NCBI GenBank assembly: GCA_015061055.1
Contig: SUXH01000006.1
Coordinates: 60,923-124,922 of the forward strand
From: Bacteroidales bacterium
GTDB taxonomy: Bacteria > Bacteroidota > Bacteroidia > Bacteroidales > Muribaculaceae
Direction: 5' to 3'
Length of the DNA stretch: 64,000 nucleotides
Part shown: piece after piece, positions 20,007-30,401 of the stretch
Numbering within the stretch: position 1 is the stretch's first letter
How the letters are laid out: each line of letters opens with the position of its first letter
The notes under the pieces: model-generated
Seen by the model: the letters and a program-made list of their open reading frames with translations, nothing else
What the model was told of the DNA's origin: nothing
Databases searched by the model: none
Position numbers and translations under genes: made by a program

Positions 20007-20317
20007 TGGCCGGAGAAGAAAAAGATACAATAACGCTACATTTGGGAGGCGCGAAGGAGTTTAAAATGATAATAAAACCTTCGGAAAAACGAATCTGTCA
20101 AATGGCGGAAGAATCGGTTAACAAGTTTTGGGGAGCATGGAGAACGAGATATGACGGATTGACTTCGGAGGAGGTTATGTCAAGAATTGCATTTCAATTT
20201 GCACGTTTTTATATAGAAGCGAAAATGAGAAATGCAGAAGTAAATGATGCTCTTGAAGCGTTTGAAGAAAAACTTAACGAATTGCTCGTTAAAGTGAAGC
20301 GTGAAGAGGAATCGTGA
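20006..20317 (+). CDS. zapA: cell division protein ZapA
   Basis: 103 aa. Its size, its position upstream of rny and its coiled-coil C-terminus match Bacteroidota ZapA annotations as I recall them. Confidence 0.6.
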   Translation: MAGEEKDTITLHLGGAKEFKMIIKPSEKRICQMAEESVNKFWGAWRTRYDGLTSEEVMSRIAFQFARFYIEAKMRNAEVNDALEAFEEKLNELLVKVKREEES

Positions 20318-20368
20318 CCACTTGAATAGCATTATGCTGTGATAGTGAGCTAAACTAAGAGAGTTCCT

Positions 20369-20423
20369 GCACTATTTAATAGGATCGCCTTGTGAGGTGT
20401 ACCTATTGAAGAGTGCATTTTTT
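20369..20423 (+). terminator. intrinsic terminator after zapA
   Basis: gcact/agtgc plus aatagg/cctatt form an interrupted stem, followed by tttttt. Confidence 0.55.
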
Positions 20424-20454
20424 ATATATTAATTTTTAAAAAACTATAAACAAA

Positions 20455-22002
20455 ATGACATTAGGTATATTACCCGTAGTGTTGATAGCTGTAGCCACAT
20501 TGGCTGTGGGTGTCTTTGGAACACTAATTATAAGTCGAATGATATCCAAGTCGCGAGCAAATGGCATTATAGAAGAAGCTAAACTCGAGGCTGAAGTTAT
20601 CAAGAAAAATAAGATTATTGAGGCTAAAGAGGCTGAAATGGCCATTAAGACTGAGGCCGAAAAACAGGCTAGCCAAAGATTGTCGAAAGTGCAATCGGCA
20701 GAAGCTAAGTTGAAACAACGTGAATTGCAGTTGAACCAACAACAGTCGGAAAATCAACGACGCAAGAATGAAAATGATGCTTTGAAAGCAAATCTTGAAA
20801 GTCAGTTGGCTCAAGTAGAAGGTAAAAAAGCCGAGCTTGATAAGTTGCAAAAGAATGTACAGGAAACTCTTGAGCACGTGTCGGGATTGTCGGCCGAAGA
20901 GGCAAAAGAAAAACTTGTGGAATCATTAAAAGATGAGGCAAAGACAGCCGCTGCGTCTTATATCAACGATATTATGGACGAGGCAAAAATGACAGCCAAC
21001 AAGGAAGCAAAGCGTATTGTAGTGCAATCGATTCAGCGTGTAGCTACTGAAACTGCAATAGAAAATGCTGTAACAGTGTTCCATATCGATAGCGATGAAA
21101 TAAAGGGACGTATTATCGGTCGTGAAGGACGTAATATTCGTGCACTTGAAGCAGCAACAGGTATTGAAATTATCGTTGATGATACTCCGGAAGCTATAGT
21201 GCTTTCAGGATTTGATCCTGTGCGTCGTGAAATAGCACGTTTGGCATTGCACCAACTTGTAGCCGATGGTCGTATTCACCCTGCACGTATTGAAGAAGTA
21301 GTTGCTAAGGTAAAAAAACAAGTTGAAGAAGAAATTATTGAAACCGGTAAGCGTACTGCAATCGATTTGGGTATTCATGGCTTGCACCCTGAATTGATTC
21401 GCTTGGTAGGTAAGATGAAATATCGTTCAAGTTATGGACAAAATTTGTTGCAACACTCTCGCGAAACTGCAAATCTTTGTGCTATTATGGCCTCGGAACT
21501 TGGCTTGAATCCTAAGAAAGCTCGTCGTGCGGGCTTGCTACACGATATAGGTAAGGTGCCTGATGAAGAACCGGAACTACCACACGCATTGCTTGGTATG
21601 AAACTTGCTGAAAAGTATAAGGAAAAACCGGATATTTGTAATGCTATCGGAGCGCATCACGATGAAGAAGAAGCTACCAGCCTTCTAGCTCCAATCGTAC
21701 AAGTGTGCGATGCTATTTCTGGAGCTCGTCCTGGAGCTCGTCGTGAAGTCGTAGAAGCATATATCAAGCGTTTGAATGACCTTGAACAACTTGCACTTTC
21801 TTACCCCGGCGTTATCAAAACTTATGCTATTCAAGCCGGTCGTGAATTACGTGTGATTGTGGGAGCCGATAAGATTGATGATGCTCAAACAGAACAATTG
21901 TCGGCAGAAATAGCTAAGAAGATTCAAGATGAAATGACTTATCCGGGTCAAGTGAGAATTACTGTGATTCGTGAAACTCGTGCTGTAAGCTTCGCAAAAT
22001 AA
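20455..22002 (+). CDS. rny: ribonuclease Y
   Basis: N-terminal TM helix, coiled coil, KH domain ([12 protein letters not shown]) and HD domain (LLHDIGK). Confidence 0.95.
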   Translation: MTLGILPVVLIAVATLAVGVFGTLIISRMISKSRANGIIEEAKLEAEVIKKNKIIEAKEAEMAIKTEAEKQASQRLSKVQSAEAKLKQRELQLNQQQSENQRRKNENDALKANLESQLAQVEGKKAELDKLQKNVQETLEHVSGLSAEEAKEKLVESLKDEAKTAAASYINDIMDEAKMTANKEAKRIVVQSIQRVATETAIENAVTVFHIDSDEIKGRIIGREGRNIRALEAATGIEIIVDDTPEAIVLSGFDPVRREIARLALHQLVADGRIHPARIEEVVAKVKKQVEEEIIETGKRTAIDLGIHGLHPELIRLVGKMKYRSSYGQNLLQHSRETANLCAIMASELGLNPKKARRAGLLHDIGKVPDEEPELPHALLGMKLAEKYKEKPDICNAIGAHHDEEEATSLLAPIVQVCDAISGARPGARREVVEAYIKRLNDLEQLALSYPGVIKTYAIQAGRELRVIVGADKIDDAQTEQLSAEIAKKIQDEMTYPGQVRITVIRETRAVSFAK

Positions 22003-22015
22003 ATAGTAGGTGATT

Positions 22016-23344
22016 ATGGAAAGCAATGACTCAGAAGTAAAGAAAGAGTGTTGCGGACAATGCACCGGCAATAACGTGGAACCTCGTAGCAAATTACATA
22101 GCTATAATTGGCTTGCTGATGTGCCAGGAGGTTACAATGACTTCGAAATTGTAGAAGTTGCGTTTAAGAATACTCGAAAGGGATTCTATAAGAATAGTTC
22201 GCACATTCCGCTACAAATAGGCGATATGGTGGCAGTTGAAGCCAATCCCGGTCACGACATTGGTCGTGTATCGATGGTGGGCAAACTTGTGAAACTGCAA
22301 ATGAAACGTGCCAATTTGCGTCCTGATTTGGAAATATTGCGCGTGTTCCGTAAAGCGAAGCAGAGCGATTTGGAACGCTATGAAGAGGCCAAGTCAAAAG
22401 AAGTGGATACGATGATTCGTTCACGAAAGATTGCCGAGGACTTAAAATTGAATATGAAAATCGGTGATGTAGAGTATCAAGGAGATGGAAATAAGGCGAT
22501 ATTCTACTATATAGCCGATGAGCGTGTGGATTTCCGTCAGCTCATCAAAGTGCTTGCCGAAGTGTTCAAGGTGAGAATCGAGATGAAACAGATTGGTGCT
22601 CGTCAAGAGGCCGGACGTATTGGAGGAATTGGTCCATGTGGACGTCCGTTATGTTGTTCGAGTTGGATGTCTAATTTCGTGTCGGTGGCAACAAGTGCTG
22701 CACGCTATCAAGATATATCATTAAATCCGCAAAAACTTGCAGGTCAATGTGCAAAACTTAAATGCTGTATGAATTTTGAAATTGATTCATACGTTGAAGC
22801 GGTGAAACAGTTGCCCGAAAGAAACGTTGTACTTGAAACAAAGGATAATTTATATTATCACTTTAAGACTGATATATTTAAGCGCGAGATTACGTATTCT
22901 ACCGATAAAAATATTGCTGCTAATCTTGTGGTGTTGAGTGCCGAGCGTGTGTTTGAGGTGATGGCACTCAATAAAAATGGTGTTAAGCCTGATAAACTCA
23001 ATATCGATAGTGATGAACGCCAACGAGAATACAGTATGTATGGCGACATAATCGGGCAAGATAGTGTAACACGCTTTGATAAGAATAAGAAAAAGAAAAA
23101 CAAGAATCGCAACAATCGGGATCGCCATAATTTTGATAAAAACGATGGTGTAAGTGATGAACAACAAGTAGAAGGCGAAAATAAGAGCGAAAAAAGACGT
23201 AATCACGATAAATCACAGCGTAATTCGTGGAATAATAATCGTCGTTCTAAAGGTGAAAATCGTAATGGGAACGACTCAAGAAATGTTGCTAATAACGAAA
23301 AGAATGAACAAAGCACCCCAAGAACTGATGAACATAATGCGTAG
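22016..23344 (+). CDS. PSP1 domain protein (RicT/YaaT-like) with a long N/K/R-rich C-terminal tail
   Basis: PSP1-like core (GPCGRPLCCSSW). I prefer the ATG at 22016 over the GTG at 22010. About the last 100 aa are low complexity. Confidence 0.75.
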   Translation: MESNDSEVKKECCGQCTGNNVEPRSKLHSYNWLADVPGGYNDFEIVEVAFKNTRKGFYKNSSHIPLQIGDMVAVEANPGHDIGRVSMVGKLVKLQMKRANLRPDLEILRVFRKAKQSDLERYEEAKSKEVDTMIRSRKIAEDLKLNMKIGDVEYQGDGNKAIFYYIADERVDFRQLIKVLAEVFKVRIEMKQIGARQEAGRIGGIGPCGRPLCCSSWMSNFVSVATSAARYQDISLNPQKLAGQCAKLKCCMNFEIDSYVEAVKQLPERNVVLETKDNLYYHFKTDIFKREITYSTDKNIAANLVVLSAERVFEVMALNKNGVKPDKLNIDSDERQREYSMYGDIIGQDSVTRFDKNKKKKNKNRNNRDRHNFDKNDGVSDEQQVEGENKSEKRRNHDKSQRNSWNNNRRSKGENRNGNDSRNVANNEKNEQSTPRTDEHNA

Positions 23345-23813
23345 TTATTATGGTTTAGGCTTGGTTTTCGTGTTCTTGATGATACTATGCTTAGGGGGGT
23401 GTACCCCTAAGCATTCTTCATATAGTGAGTTTAAGGACTTAGCTATAGATGGTTGGGTGAAGAACGATGCTTGTGAATTTGTTCCGGATTACAGCGATTC
23501 ACTATCTTTGTATGATGTAGATGTAGCTTTGTGCTTGTCGCATAACTATGAATATCGAAATATCAGTTTGGTAGTAGATTTTGTGAAAGGTGATTCTCTG
23601 GTAAACCGAAAGGTTGTGGATTGTGTTTTGACTGATGCTAATGGAAACTGGCTTGTATCGGGTTTCGGTGTGTTGTATCAAGTGAGAATAGATGTGACTA
23701 CAGGAGTGCGTTGTGAAGATTTTGACCGATTGCAAGTGTGGCAAGGTCTTGATTGTGACACATTGAAGAATGTGGAAAGAGTGGGCGTTTTTGTTGAAAA
23801 GACAGCGCATTAA
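23337..23813 (+). CDS. gldH: lipoprotein, probably GldH
   Basis: The internal ATG at 23337 gives MRSYYGLGLVFVFLMILCLGGC (lipobox). It overlaps the PSP1 stop by 8 nt. Size and synteny with PSP1 fit GldH as I recall it. Confidence 0.5.
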   Translation: MRSYYGLGLVFVFLMILCLGGCTPKHSSYSEFKDLAIDGWVKNDACEFVPDYSDSLSLYDVDVALCLSHNYEYRNISLVVDFVKGDSLVNRKVVDCVLTDANGNWLVSGFGVLYQVRIDVTTGVRCEDFDRLQVWQGLDCDTLKNVERVGVFVEKTAH

Positions 23814-23841
23814 TAATGTATAACCGAATTAAATAAATAGG

Positions 23842-25002
23842 ATGATTAACAATTCTTTAAAATCAGAAATAGATATAAGAATAAGTCGGATTTCAGCACT
23901 TATCGCTGAAGCGGGATATGATTCGATGTTGGTAACAAGTAATGCGAATCTATATTATACGTCGGGCAGAGTGTTCAGCGGTTATACATATATAACCAAA
24001 GATGCTGAGGTGATTTATTTTGTGAAGCGTCCTGTGGGTTTGCAAGGCGACAATGTAAAGTATGTAAGAAAACCTGAACAGATAGCGGAAATTCTTGAAA
24101 GAAAACCACAAAAAATTGCCTTTGAATTAGACTCTCTTACGGTGAATGATTGCAAACGATTGACGAAAGTGTTTGCTGAGAGTGAAGTGTGCGATGGAAG
24201 CGGAGTGTTGCGTCGTTGTCGTGCAGTTAAGACTCCTTATGAAATCTTGAAGATGAAGGAGAGCGGTGTGCTTCATGATGAAGCATATAAGCGTATTCCG
24301 GAAATGTATCGTAAGGGAATGACCGATATAGAATTGCAAGTGGAGGTGGAACGTGAATTGCGATTGAAAGGTTCGTTGGGTATTTTTCGTATTCATGGCG
24401 AGAGTATGGAGATATTCATGGGTAATGTGTTGTGTGGAGATAATGCTGATGCACCATCGCCATATGATTTTGCTATGGGAGGAGCCGGACTTGATGAATC
24501 ACTTCCTGTGGGTTGTAATGGAACGGTAATAGAACCCGGTATGACAGTGATGGTGGATATGTGTGGCAATTTCAATGGATATATGACCGATATGACACGA
24601 GTATTCTATGTGGGTACACTTGATGATATGGCAAAGAAAGCACACGAGTTGTCGATACAAATACATCATCGTCTTGTCGAGGAAGGTAAACCCGGAGTGC
24701 CCGCAAGTCGCTTGTATGAGATAGCTATGGAGATGACAAAGGAAGCAGGTCTTGAAGCCTATTTTATGGGGCATAAGCAGCAAGCCGGCTATATTGGTCA
24801 TGGTGTGGGAATAGAAGTAAACGAATCGCCTGTGCTTGCGCCACGTAGTCGTGATATTCTTGAAGAAGGTAATATAATTGCACTCGAACCAAAATATGTA
24901 ATACCCGGAGTGGGTGCAGTGGGTGTGGAAAGTACATATATTGTAACTGCCAACGGGCTTGAATGTGTTACAAATTATCCCGAAGAAATAGCACAATTGT
25001 AA
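23842..25002 (+). CDS. M24 family metallopeptidase (Xaa-Pro aminopeptidase-like)
   Basis: 386 aa; pita-bread metal ligands D..D...H.GHG.G...E..E. Confidence 0.75.
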   Translation: MINNSLKSEIDIRISRISALIAEAGYDSMLVTSNANLYYTSGRVFSGYTYITKDAEVIYFVKRPVGLQGDNVKYVRKPEQIAEILERKPQKIAFELDSLTVNDCKRLTKVFAESEVCDGSGVLRRCRAVKTPYEILKMKESGVLHDEAYKRIPEMYRKGMTDIELQVEVERELRLKGSLGIFRIHGESMEIFMGNVLCGDNADAPSPYDFAMGGAGLDESLPVGCNGTVIEPGMTVMVDMCGNFNGYMTDMTRVFYVGTLDDMAKKAHELSIQIHHRLVEEGKPGVPASRLYEIAMEMTKEAGLEAYFMGHKQQAGYIGHGVGIEVNESPVLAPRSRDILEEGNIIALEPKYVIPGVGAVGVESTYIVTANGLECVTNYPEEIAQL

Positions 25003-25015
25003 TTAGAAATATTTA

Positions 25016-26458
25016 ATGACTGAGTTGTTAAAGGAAAAAATAAATAAGCATTTAGAACGCAATGTGTTCCGTATCGTTGGTGAAGTAGCCGACTCGATGA
25101 ATCGTGAATGCTATGTGGTGGGAGGATATGTGCGAGATATTATACTTGAGCGCACATCGAAGGATATTGATTTTGTTACAATCGGTAGTGGCATAGAAGT
25201 GGCTGAAATGGTTGCCAAGACAATGGGCAAACGTACGTCGCTTGCAGTATATCGCACATATGGAACAGCACAAGTGAAGAATGCGGATTATGAATTGGAG
25301 TTTGTGGGAGCACGTCGTGAATCCTATAACAGAGAAAGCCGAAATCCAATCGTGGAAGATGGAACACTCGAGGAGGATCAATGTCGTCGTGATTTTACGA
25401 TAAACGCTATGGCTATATGCGTTAATAAAGATAATTATGGGAAGTTGCTTGATCCATTTGATGGATTGGGTGATTTAGAACGCCGTATTATTCGCACACC
25501 GCTCGATCCTGATGTAACTTTTTCGGACGATCCGTTGAGAATGATGCGTGCAGTACGTTTTGCCACTCAATTGGGTTTTGATATTTATCCCGAAACCTTC
25601 GATGCGCTGGTGAGAAATAAAGAGCGTATAAAGATTATCACTCGTGAACGTATTGTTGATGAACTGATGAAGATAATGAAGTCGGCAAAGCCTTCGCGAG
25701 GTTTCAGATTGCTGAAGGATTGTGGATTGCTTGAATTTATAATGCCAGAATTGAATGCTCTAAGTGGAGTTGAGGTAATGAATGGTAGAGGTCATAAGGA
25801 TAATTTTGAACATACCCTTCAAGTGCTTGATAATGTTGCCGACAAGAGTGATTATGTGTGGTTGCGATGGGGCGCTTTGATGCATGATATAGCTAAGCCG
25901 ATTACAAAGCAATATGATAACAAGCTCGGATGGACATTCCATAATCATAACTTTGTTGGAGCAAAGATGATTCCTCGTATTTTCAAAAAAATGAAGATGC
26001 CGATGGATGCCAAAATGAAATATGTGCAAAAACTGGTGGAACTTCATATGCGACCAATAGCACTTGTGGAGGAAACTGTAACAGATTCGGCGGTTCGTCG
26101 TTTAATTTTTGATGCCGGAGATGATATAGAGGACTTGATGTTGTTATGTGAGGCAGATATAACCTCAAAAAATCAAGAAAAGGTGAAACGATTTCTCGAT
26201 AATTTCCAATTGGTGCGAGAAAAAATGAAAGAGATAGAGGAGAAAGATAGAATTCGTAATTTTCAACCTCCTATAGATGGGTTGGAGATAATGCGTGTGT
26301 TCGGTCTTGAACCTTGTTCGGAAGTAGGACAACTAAAAGAGAAAATCAAGAATGCAATTCTTGATGGAGAAATAGGAAATAATCACGAAGAAGCATTTGA
26401 ATATATGCTTATCAGAGCTGCTGAGATGGGTTTGGCACCATTAGAAAACAAGCAATAA
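25016..26458 (+). CDS. CCA-adding enzyme / poly(A) polymerase-family tRNA nucleotidyltransferase with HD domain
   Basis: GGYVRD...DID head-domain motif and RDFTINA, with a C-terminal HD region. Confidence 0.75.
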   Translation: MTELLKEKINKHLERNVFRIVGEVADSMNRECYVVGGYVRDIILERTSKDIDFVTIGSGIEVAEMVAKTMGKRTSLAVYRTYGTAQVKNADYELEFVGARRESYNRESRNPIVEDGTLEEDQCRRDFTINAMAICVNKDNYGKLLDPFDGLGDLERRIIRTPLDPDVTFSDDPLRMMRAVRFATQLGFDIYPETFDALVRNKERIKIITRERIVDELMKIMKSAKPSRGFRLLKDCGLLEFIMPELNALSGVEVMNGRGHKDNFEHTLQVLDNVADKSDYVWLRWGALMHDIAKPITKQYDNKLGWTFHNHNFVGAKMIPRIFKKMKMPMDAKMKYVQKLVELHMRPIALVEETVTDSAVRRLIFDAGDDIEDLMLLCEADITSKNQEKVKRFLDNFQLVREKMKEIEEKDRIRNFQPPIDGLEIMRVFGLEPCSEVGQLKEKIKNAILDGEIGNNHEEAFEYMLIRAAEMGLAPLENKQ

Positions 26459-26504
26459 TCAACAAAGAAGCTAAACTCAATCGAGCTTAGCTTTTTTGTT
26501 GGTA

Positions 26505-27590
26505 TTATTTTATCTTAGCACCAAATAGATAGTGAGCAAGTATTGGACTCAGGCGAATAGTGTTGCTTATAATAAGGCAAACGATTATAACCATAAGTGA
26601 AATGATGATATTTGTGAAGAGTCCGACAACGGTTGACGACGAGCCCATAAATTCGCCCATAAACTTCAAATCGGGTAATAGGAAGTAGTGTAACAGATAG
26701 ATGTCGAGAGTACGGCGTCCGATGTATTGCAGATATTTGCCTAATGTTTTCTCTTGTGTGAATGAATTTTGGTGTTTTTGGAAGAATTTGTAAACAATAG
26801 TAATACCAAGAATTCCATTGAATCCCATTGCAAGTTTGATATATAAGTCGTATTGAGCTACAATATGTTCAGGTTGTTGTAGAAAAAGAATACGAGTTGT
26901 GGTGATTGCAATGAACAGAATGAGAATAGAAGTGATAACGTATTTGTTGTCGGTAATTTGCTCGAAACTTTTCTTATACATTGAAGCAATAATCCCAAAT
27001 ATGAAGAATGGGAAATAAGATGATAATTGAGAGAAAGAAAGAATGTCGTAAGTAAGTGCTAGAGAAGGAAAAATCTTTAGGAATAGTTTTTCGGAAACGA
27101 GAACCACTCCGACAAGACCGATTAAAAGGATTGCGTATATATTCTTTTTGTTGTCGATATAAACTTCTCCCTTCGGAAGTGCTATTTTAGCATATAGAAA
27201 TGATGTGGTGTAATAAATCAAGAACATTGATAACAGCGTGATTGTGAACCAATATCCTAATTTTAATGGGTCTGTTAAGAATGTTGTGATGTTTGATTGG
27301 TCAATCAAATAAGTAAAAGTGAGTCCAAAAACTATTGTTGGAATGAGTTGTACTTTGATTTTCTTAAAGCAGTCGAAAACGTAAGAATTTATGTTCCACA
27401 CTTTATTCGCTTTATATGCGATGTAGCCACTTATAAAGAAAAATAATGGCATACGAAATGTCATAAGTATTCGACCGATAACCGATGGGTCGTTGTAGAA
27501 ACTATGGCTCTCGATGTGACAAAATACCACCAAAATCATAGTGAAGCCACGAAGAGCATCGATGTATTCTATTCGTTTAGATTGAACCAT
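26505..27590 (-). CDS. acyltransferase family 3 membrane protein
   Basis: 361 aa, polytopic. The N-terminal IDALRGF....VV..H motif is typical of the family. Confidence 0.7.
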   Translation of the reverse strand: MVQSKRIEYIDALRGFTMILVVFCHIESHSFYNDPSVIGRILMTFRMPLFFFISGYIAYKANKVWNINSYVFDCFKKIKVQLIPTIVFGLTFTYLIDQSNITTFLTDPLKLGYWFTITLLSMFLIYYTTSFLYAKIALPKGEVYIDNKKNIYAILLIGLVGVVLVSEKLFLKIFPSLALTYDILSFSQLSSYFPFFIFGIIASMYKKSFEQITDNKYVITSILILFIAITTTRILFLQQPEHIVAQYDLYIKLAMGFNGILGITIVYKFFQKHQNSFTQEKTLGKYLQYIGRRTLDIYLLHYFLLPDLKFMGEFMGSSSTVVGLFTNIIISLMVIIVCLIISNTIRLSPILAHYLFGAKIK

Positions 27591-27596
27591 ATCGAA

Positions 27597-28262
27597 TCAA
27601 ATTAAATTAAAAGTGATATAATCGCGAATGTATCCGATGTATATTATCAGAGAAAGAAGATACAGCGCGACAGTGTTATATAAGAACCTATGATTGGCAG
27701 TAATATCGCGTTTATTTCGTGTGAGTTGGTATAGGTGAATGGCAATCCAACATAATACAAATATCGACCAGAAAGTCCATCCTTGACTAATACTTATAAC
27801 ATAGCCTGCAATCTCTAACGAATATCCCGATTTCAAGTATATAAATGTAGCAGCACCCGTAGCTGCGATAGTTGCGATGATACGACCTATCACGAGTAGG
27901 GTAGTAGGGTGATTCTTAAAATAGTTTAAAGTCCAATGTACTATGTAAGGGGTAAACAGAAATAAGCCTATTACAATTAATATCCCGATTATCTGTTTGA
28001 ATAATGGGAGCGATAGATATATCGAACTATAAATGTTATCGAGAGTGAGAGCACTTGCTATAAAAATCAATGAAGATAGAAAAGAATTATTTAAATTACC
28101 TTTTCTGCTGTCGAAAAGAAAAACGCCTATCGACAATATCGTGAGAGTTAGTGCATTTACAATGCTGATGTCAATCCTATCAATAATAGGAAGAATAATG
28201 AGTGCTATTATGCATATAAGCACAAATGTCAGCGCTTTTTTAGATTCTATTTTTTTTGCCAT
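27597..28262 (-). CDS. polytopic membrane protein, function unknown
   Basis: 221 aa, about 6 TM helices. It sits 6 nt from each neighbour, so it is probably in an operon. Confidence 0.5.
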   Translation of the reverse strand: MAKKIESKKALTFVLICIIALIILPIIDRIDISIVNALTLTILSIGVFLFDSRKGNLNNSFLSSLIFIASALTLDNIYSSIYLSLPLFKQIIGILIVIGLFLFTPYIVHWTLNYFKNHPTTLLVIGRIIATIAATGAATFIYLKSGYSLEIAGYVISISQGWTFWSIFVLCWIAIHLYQLTRNKRDITANHRFLYNTVALYLLSLIIYIGYIRDYITFNLI

Positions 28263-28268
28263 AGCAGT

Positions 28269-28898
28269 TTATTTGCTGTTATCTTTGTTGTCGTTTCCAA
28301 GTACGGGTAAACTCCAATTATAAATTACTGAAAGAATTCTAACAATGATGATAATAGCGGCACAACTTACTTGTTGCAATACGACAGAGCCACCCAATTT
28401 ATGTATCAGCCAATAGCTTATACCTCCGGCCAAACAAGCTGTGGCGTATACCTCTTTGCGGAAAATTAATGGTTCTTCGTTGATGAGAATGTCACGTAAT
28501 ACTCCACCGAAAGCACCGGTGATTGTACCCATAATAATGGCTACCCAAATTGGGAACCCAAAATCGAGTGATTTTTGCATACCGATAACTACGAAAAGGG
28601 CAAGACCGATGGTGTCGAATATGAATACAGTGTGGTCAAGTCGCACAAGGTAACGCTTGAACATAATTACGAGTACAAGAGCAACGGCAGTAACTACAAG
28701 ATACCAGTAGTTAAGCATCCAAAATGGAGTTGTACTTAAGAATAGGTCGCGTATAGTACCACCACCAATAGCAGTGACAAGTCCAACAATATAAGCACCA
28801 AACCAATCAAATTTTTTTACGGCAGCAAGGCGTATTCCACTTATGGCAAACGCCAAAGTACCTATAATTTCAACTATTAGTAGGAAAGATATATCCAT
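28269..28898 (-). CDS. trimeric intracellular cation channel / UPF0126 (YadS) family membrane protein
   Basis: 209 aa with two repeats carrying GGG..RD motifs (IGGGTIRD, AFGGVLRD). Confidence 0.75.
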   Translation of the reverse strand: MDISFLLIVEIIGTLAFAISGIRLAAVKKFDWFGAYIVGLVTAIGGGTIRDLFLSTTPFWMLNYWYLVVTAVALVLVIMFKRYLVRLDHTVFIFDTIGLALFVVIGMQKSLDFGFPIWVAIIMGTITGAFGGVLRDILINEEPLIFRKEVYATACLAGGISYWLIHKLGGSVVLQQVSCAAIIIIVRILSVIYNWSLPVLGNDNKDNSK

Positions 28899-29037
28899 TA
28901 AAATATATTTTCTAAATTGTATTGCAAAATTAATAAAAAAGGAGTAAAAATGTGACCCATAAAATGTAAAAAAACATCGTTTTCGTAATTTGAAAACGAT
29001 GTTTCTTGATAATATAACAAATTAGAATATTCTATAA

Positions 29038-30369
29038 TCAGAATTTTATGCTTGTACCGAATGCAAGATTGAATTTAGCGGCGTCAATAGGGATAAATTG
29101 CTTACTATATTTAGCTAAAATGTAATCGGCTCCAATGAAGAAATTTCCTAATGCTATAACTCCACCCAATGAGTTGTGAGTGTTGGATACGGAACCATTT
29201 ATGGTAGCTTTGAAATATTTAAATGGTTTGAAATTTACACATAGCATACCCTCGGTGTAGGTCTTAGGTGTTCCGATGCGTGTTGTGCCTAAGAATCCGA
29301 AAGACATTTTGTTGTTAATTATGCTATATTCCACGCCTGCGCGGAAAGTTGTGTGCAGTGAAGATGAAGCCGATGTTGTGGTTGCATCTTTCTCGTAGTG
29401 AGTAAGTTCTTCCAAACGATCTACAATATCATCAGCAGCATCTTCAAATTTTTGGCTGTTTTCATCGGCAATATTGTCAAAACCAGTGTATTCAAAGTTG
29501 TCTTCAATGTTACGATGAACTGAAGCATCGTTCCAATTGATAAAACCAATGTCGGTGATAGCAAATGATACATTCAGATTGTCTTGAATTTTATAAGCTG
29601 CTCCAAGGTCTAATCCAATTCCAAAACCATCAAGTCCGAAGGAGTAATCGAAATCATCGATTTCTCCGTTGTTTTTTGTTATAAGTTCCAAACTCTTTGA
29701 AGATGTGAAAGAACTATTTTGATGAATCATCCACTTTCCGCCACTCATATATATTCGCATATCTTCAATATTAGCATTGGCATATCCTGCACCGAGTAAT
29801 AACTTGACTTTTGCACCCACAGAAAGTCGGTTGTTGATTTTTCGAGAGTGTCCGAGAGCTATTTCAGCATAATTTTTTGCTACAATATTAAAATCGCTGA
29901 TGTTATATTCTGTGATGTCGTATTCTTGACCTGCTTTAAGGAATGTGAAGACATCTTTAGGAATATATGCACCTACTCGATTGTGAATACTAACTCCGAT
30001 AGAGTTTACACCACCGAAAGCTTTGAATCCAACGTTCAAAAGTGCGTAATCTAAATTTGTTTCGATAGTGTTGTTGTCGTCAAACTTAGACAGAGCTTCA
30101 TTTGTGGAAATAGAAGGGTGCAAGAATGTTATCATTTCATCATTGTAAGGTTGCATAAAAGCACCTAATCCAAGATTACTATTTGCACCAACCGATATAT
30201 TCAGAGGAGTTTCGACCCATCCACACTCACACGCAAGTGCCGGATTCAAATAATGGCGTTGAGTGATGCCATCGAGGAAATAAAGTGAATTAGGAGCTTG
30301 AGCGAATGCTGCAATTCCCGTTGCTGTTGCAATAATTGCCGATAATATGTATTTAAATGAAGTTTTCAT
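29038..30369 (-). CDS. predicted outer-membrane beta-barrel protein, family unknown
   Basis: Signal peptide ...AAFAQA, alternating beta-strand pattern and a C-terminal ...FGTSIKF with terminal Phe. Confidence 0.55.
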   Translation of the reverse strand: MKTSFKYILSAIIATATGIAAFAQAPNSLYFLDGITQRHYLNPALACECGWVETPLNISVGANSNLGLGAFMQPYNDEMITFLHPSISTNEALSKFDDNNTIETNLDYALLNVGFKAFGGVNSIGVSIHNRVGAYIPKDVFTFLKAGQEYDITEYNISDFNIVAKNYAEIALGHSRKINNRLSVGAKVKLLLGAGYANANIEDMRIYMSGGKWMIHQNSSFTSSKSLELITKNNGEIDDFDYSFGLDGFGIGLDLGAAYKIQDNLNVSFAITDIGFINWNDASVHRNIEDNFEYTGFDNIADENSQKFEDAADDIVDRLEELTHYEKDATTTSASSSLHTTFRAGVEYSIINNKMSFGFLGTTRIGTPKTYTEGMLCVNFKPFKYFKATINGSVSNTHNSLGGVIALGNFFIGADYILAKYSKQFIPIDAAKFNLAFGTSIKF

Positions 30370-30401
30370 TTTAGTGTATGATTTTAATGAATAGAATTCT
30401 G

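Noticed and set aside
20318-20454. Possible 6S RNA (ssrS) downstream of zapA, by analogy with the E. coli zapA-ssrS synteny
   Set aside because: Only about 138 nt are available, which is too short for a ~180-nt 6S RNA. The sequence is adequately explained by a terminator hairpin plus T-run (20369-20423) and an AT-rich promoter region for rny.
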